A stretch of DNA of 8,408 nucleotides, from the NCBI RefSeq assembly GCF_006345805.1, contig NW_021828364.1, forward strand, positions 1 through 8,408, read 5' to 3'. This document shows, in pieces, positions 6,737 through 8,408 of this stretch (its first letter is position 1; each line of letters begins with the position of its first letter). The DNA comes from Octopus sinensis (lineage: Eukaryota). Made by a program: the position numbers and the translations under genes. The notes under the pieces are model-generated. The model did not search any database, was not told the DNA's origin, and saw only the letters and a program-made list of their open reading frames with translations.

Positions 6737-7072
6737 CCACCACCACCGCCACAACCACCACAACCAAAACCCCAGCCACTACCACCACCACCACCACACC
6801 ACAACCAGAACCACAGCCACCACCACCACCACCAACACAACCACCACCACCACAACCAAAAACACAGCCACTACCACCACCACACCACAACCAGAACCAC
6901 AACCACCACCAACACCACCACACCCCAACCAGAACTACAACCACCACCACCAATAACAACAACACCACCATCACCACCACCACCAGAAACACAGCCACCA
7001 CCACCATAACTAGAAACACAGCTACCACTGCCACTACCTCCACCACCACAACCATCACGCCAGACACTACAA
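6737..7072. repeat. Degenerate (CCA/CAA)n tract with internal higher-order duplication
   Basis: Seen directly; a ~65 bp block recurs at 6755 and 6847. Confidence 0.9.
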
Positions 7073-7226
7073 CGGCAATCAGAATGCTATGCCGCCGCAA
7101 TGGCACAAGGGCCAAAGGTGATATAATACCGTTTGACACACAGGGACACACAGACACCCGTGTGGCGGGCAAGGAGAGGGGAATATGAGGGGGTGCTGGA
7201 AAGACTCATCCGCATTCACAGAGACA

Positions 7227-7387
7227 GGCATAATTAGTTGTATGGTTAAGAAGCTCGCTTCCCAAATACAGAATTCCGGTTTCAGTCCCACAGCATGGCA
7301 GCTTCGGCAAGTGCCTTCTACTCTAACCCCAGGATGACCAAAGCTTTGTAAGCAGAATTGATAAAGTGAAACTGAAAGAAGCCCGTC
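7227..7387 (+). mobile_element. 5' half of a tRNA-derived CORE-type SINE (degenerate)
   Basis: A-box-like TAGTTGTATGG (7235-7245), B-box-like GTTTCAGTCCC (7279-7289), CORE-like 'ggcagcttcggcaagtgccttct', ending 'gaaactgaaagaagcccgtc' before AT repeats. Family identity is from recall. Confidence 0.72.
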
Positions 7388-7440
7388 ATATATCTACTCA
7401 ATGTATATATATATATATTATATTATATATATATATATAT
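7388..7440. repeat. (AT)n-rich tract
   Basis: Seen directly. Confidence 0.9.
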
Positions 7441-7643
7441 ACTCTTTTATTTTTTTGTTTCAGTCATTTGACTGTGACCATGCTGGAGCACTGCCTTTTA
7501 ATCGAAGAAATCCACCCCAAGATTTGTTTTCTGTAAGCCTGGTACTTATTCTATCGTTCTCTCTTGCCTAACCGCTAAGTTACGGGGACGTAAACACAAC
7601 CAGCACCGGTTGTCAAGCTATGGTGGGGGAGACACACAGACAC
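7441..7643 (-). mobile_element. 3' half of an octopus-type SINE, copy 2
   Basis: Homologous to 2776-2955. Terminal hairpin CAGTC-ATTT-GACTG at 7461-7474; grades into (CA)n at its other end. Confidence 0.78.
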
Positions 7644-7870
7644 CAAAACAAATACATAAATGCACACACACGCGCGCGCACACACACACACGCTGACACA
7701 CACATACACACAAACGTCTCTCCTACACACACATTGGGGCCAACCGGACTACCGCCTTCGCCGTGAACAAGAATTAATATTCTCTCTTCGTTATTTTGCA
7801 CCACGAGGGCTCAACTCGTTTTCATCTGACACCAACATCACCTCCTCTTTTCATTTGACAACGACCCCAC

Positions 7871-7873
7871 GTA

Positions 7874-7912
<39 letters not shown>

Positions 7913-8408
7913 CTACATATCTACATACATACATTCATACATACATATATATATATCTACATACATACATACATGCATACATATATACATAGAAACACAG
8001 CATATATATATGCGTGTGTGTGCATACAAATATATATGAGTGTGTTTGTGCGTCTCTGTATGTATACCTGTGTATATATATATGTATATATATATGTATA
8101 TGTATGTGTGTGTGGTGTGTGTGTGTGTACAGTATTTTCTCGAAGCACATTTTATATATGTATACCTAAAAATCATGCACACAAACTCTGTTACATATAA
8201 CTAGCCTCTACATACGTATATGCATACACACACGCACACACACACATATATATACACACATATATAAAACACATTTTGTGGAAGTCACATATAATATTTA
8301 ATAACAATTATGAAATTATTATCGTTGTATCACACGCTAGTTTATACATACATACACACATGTATATATATAAAAAATCATACATAAATATATTTATATG
8401 TACATATA
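7871..8408. repeat. (TA)n, (TACA)n, (TG)n and (CA)n compound low-complexity tract
   Basis: Seen directly. Confidence 0.92.

Noticed and set aside
579-8200. All ORFs in the supplied six-frame track (poly-YI/VC/MY/HT/L/T/V/H)
   Set aside because: They are stop-free frames of di-, tri- and tetranucleotide repeats, overlap on both strands and contain no recognisable domain. The only real coding remnants (4622-4720, 4953-5060) fall below the track's length cut-off.

Overview
Eukaryotic, repeat-saturated, essentially non-coding DNA. It looks like octopus genomic DNA, judging from repeat families I recognise from memory (not verified by search). No intact gene is supported, and nearly all supplied ORFs are microsatellite read-throughs. 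Contents in order: (1) three tandem ~141-145 bp copies of a tRNA-derived SINE head, the third continuing into a full SINE; (2) long (TG/TA) and (TATG)n tracts around a ~300 bp CpG-containing island with ETS, YY1 and CTCF-like motifs and a 5' splice donor; (3) two homologous minus-strand SINE 3' halves (2776-2955, 7441-7643) and a plus-strand SINE head (7227-7387); (4) a (TAA)n-type tract (4277-6363) interrupted by a SINE tail, two 5'-truncated 3' ends of an R4/Dong-like non-LTR retrotransposon (coding remnants too short for the ORF track), and an unclassified ~555 bp element whose terminal 29 bp is amplified into a polarised 22-unit minisatellite; (5) two pairs of mutually complementary trinucleotide tracts. 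I found no convincing new multi-gene system. The best leads are the microsatellite-targeted retroelement nest with its element-end minisatellite, and the candidate promoter/first-exon island.
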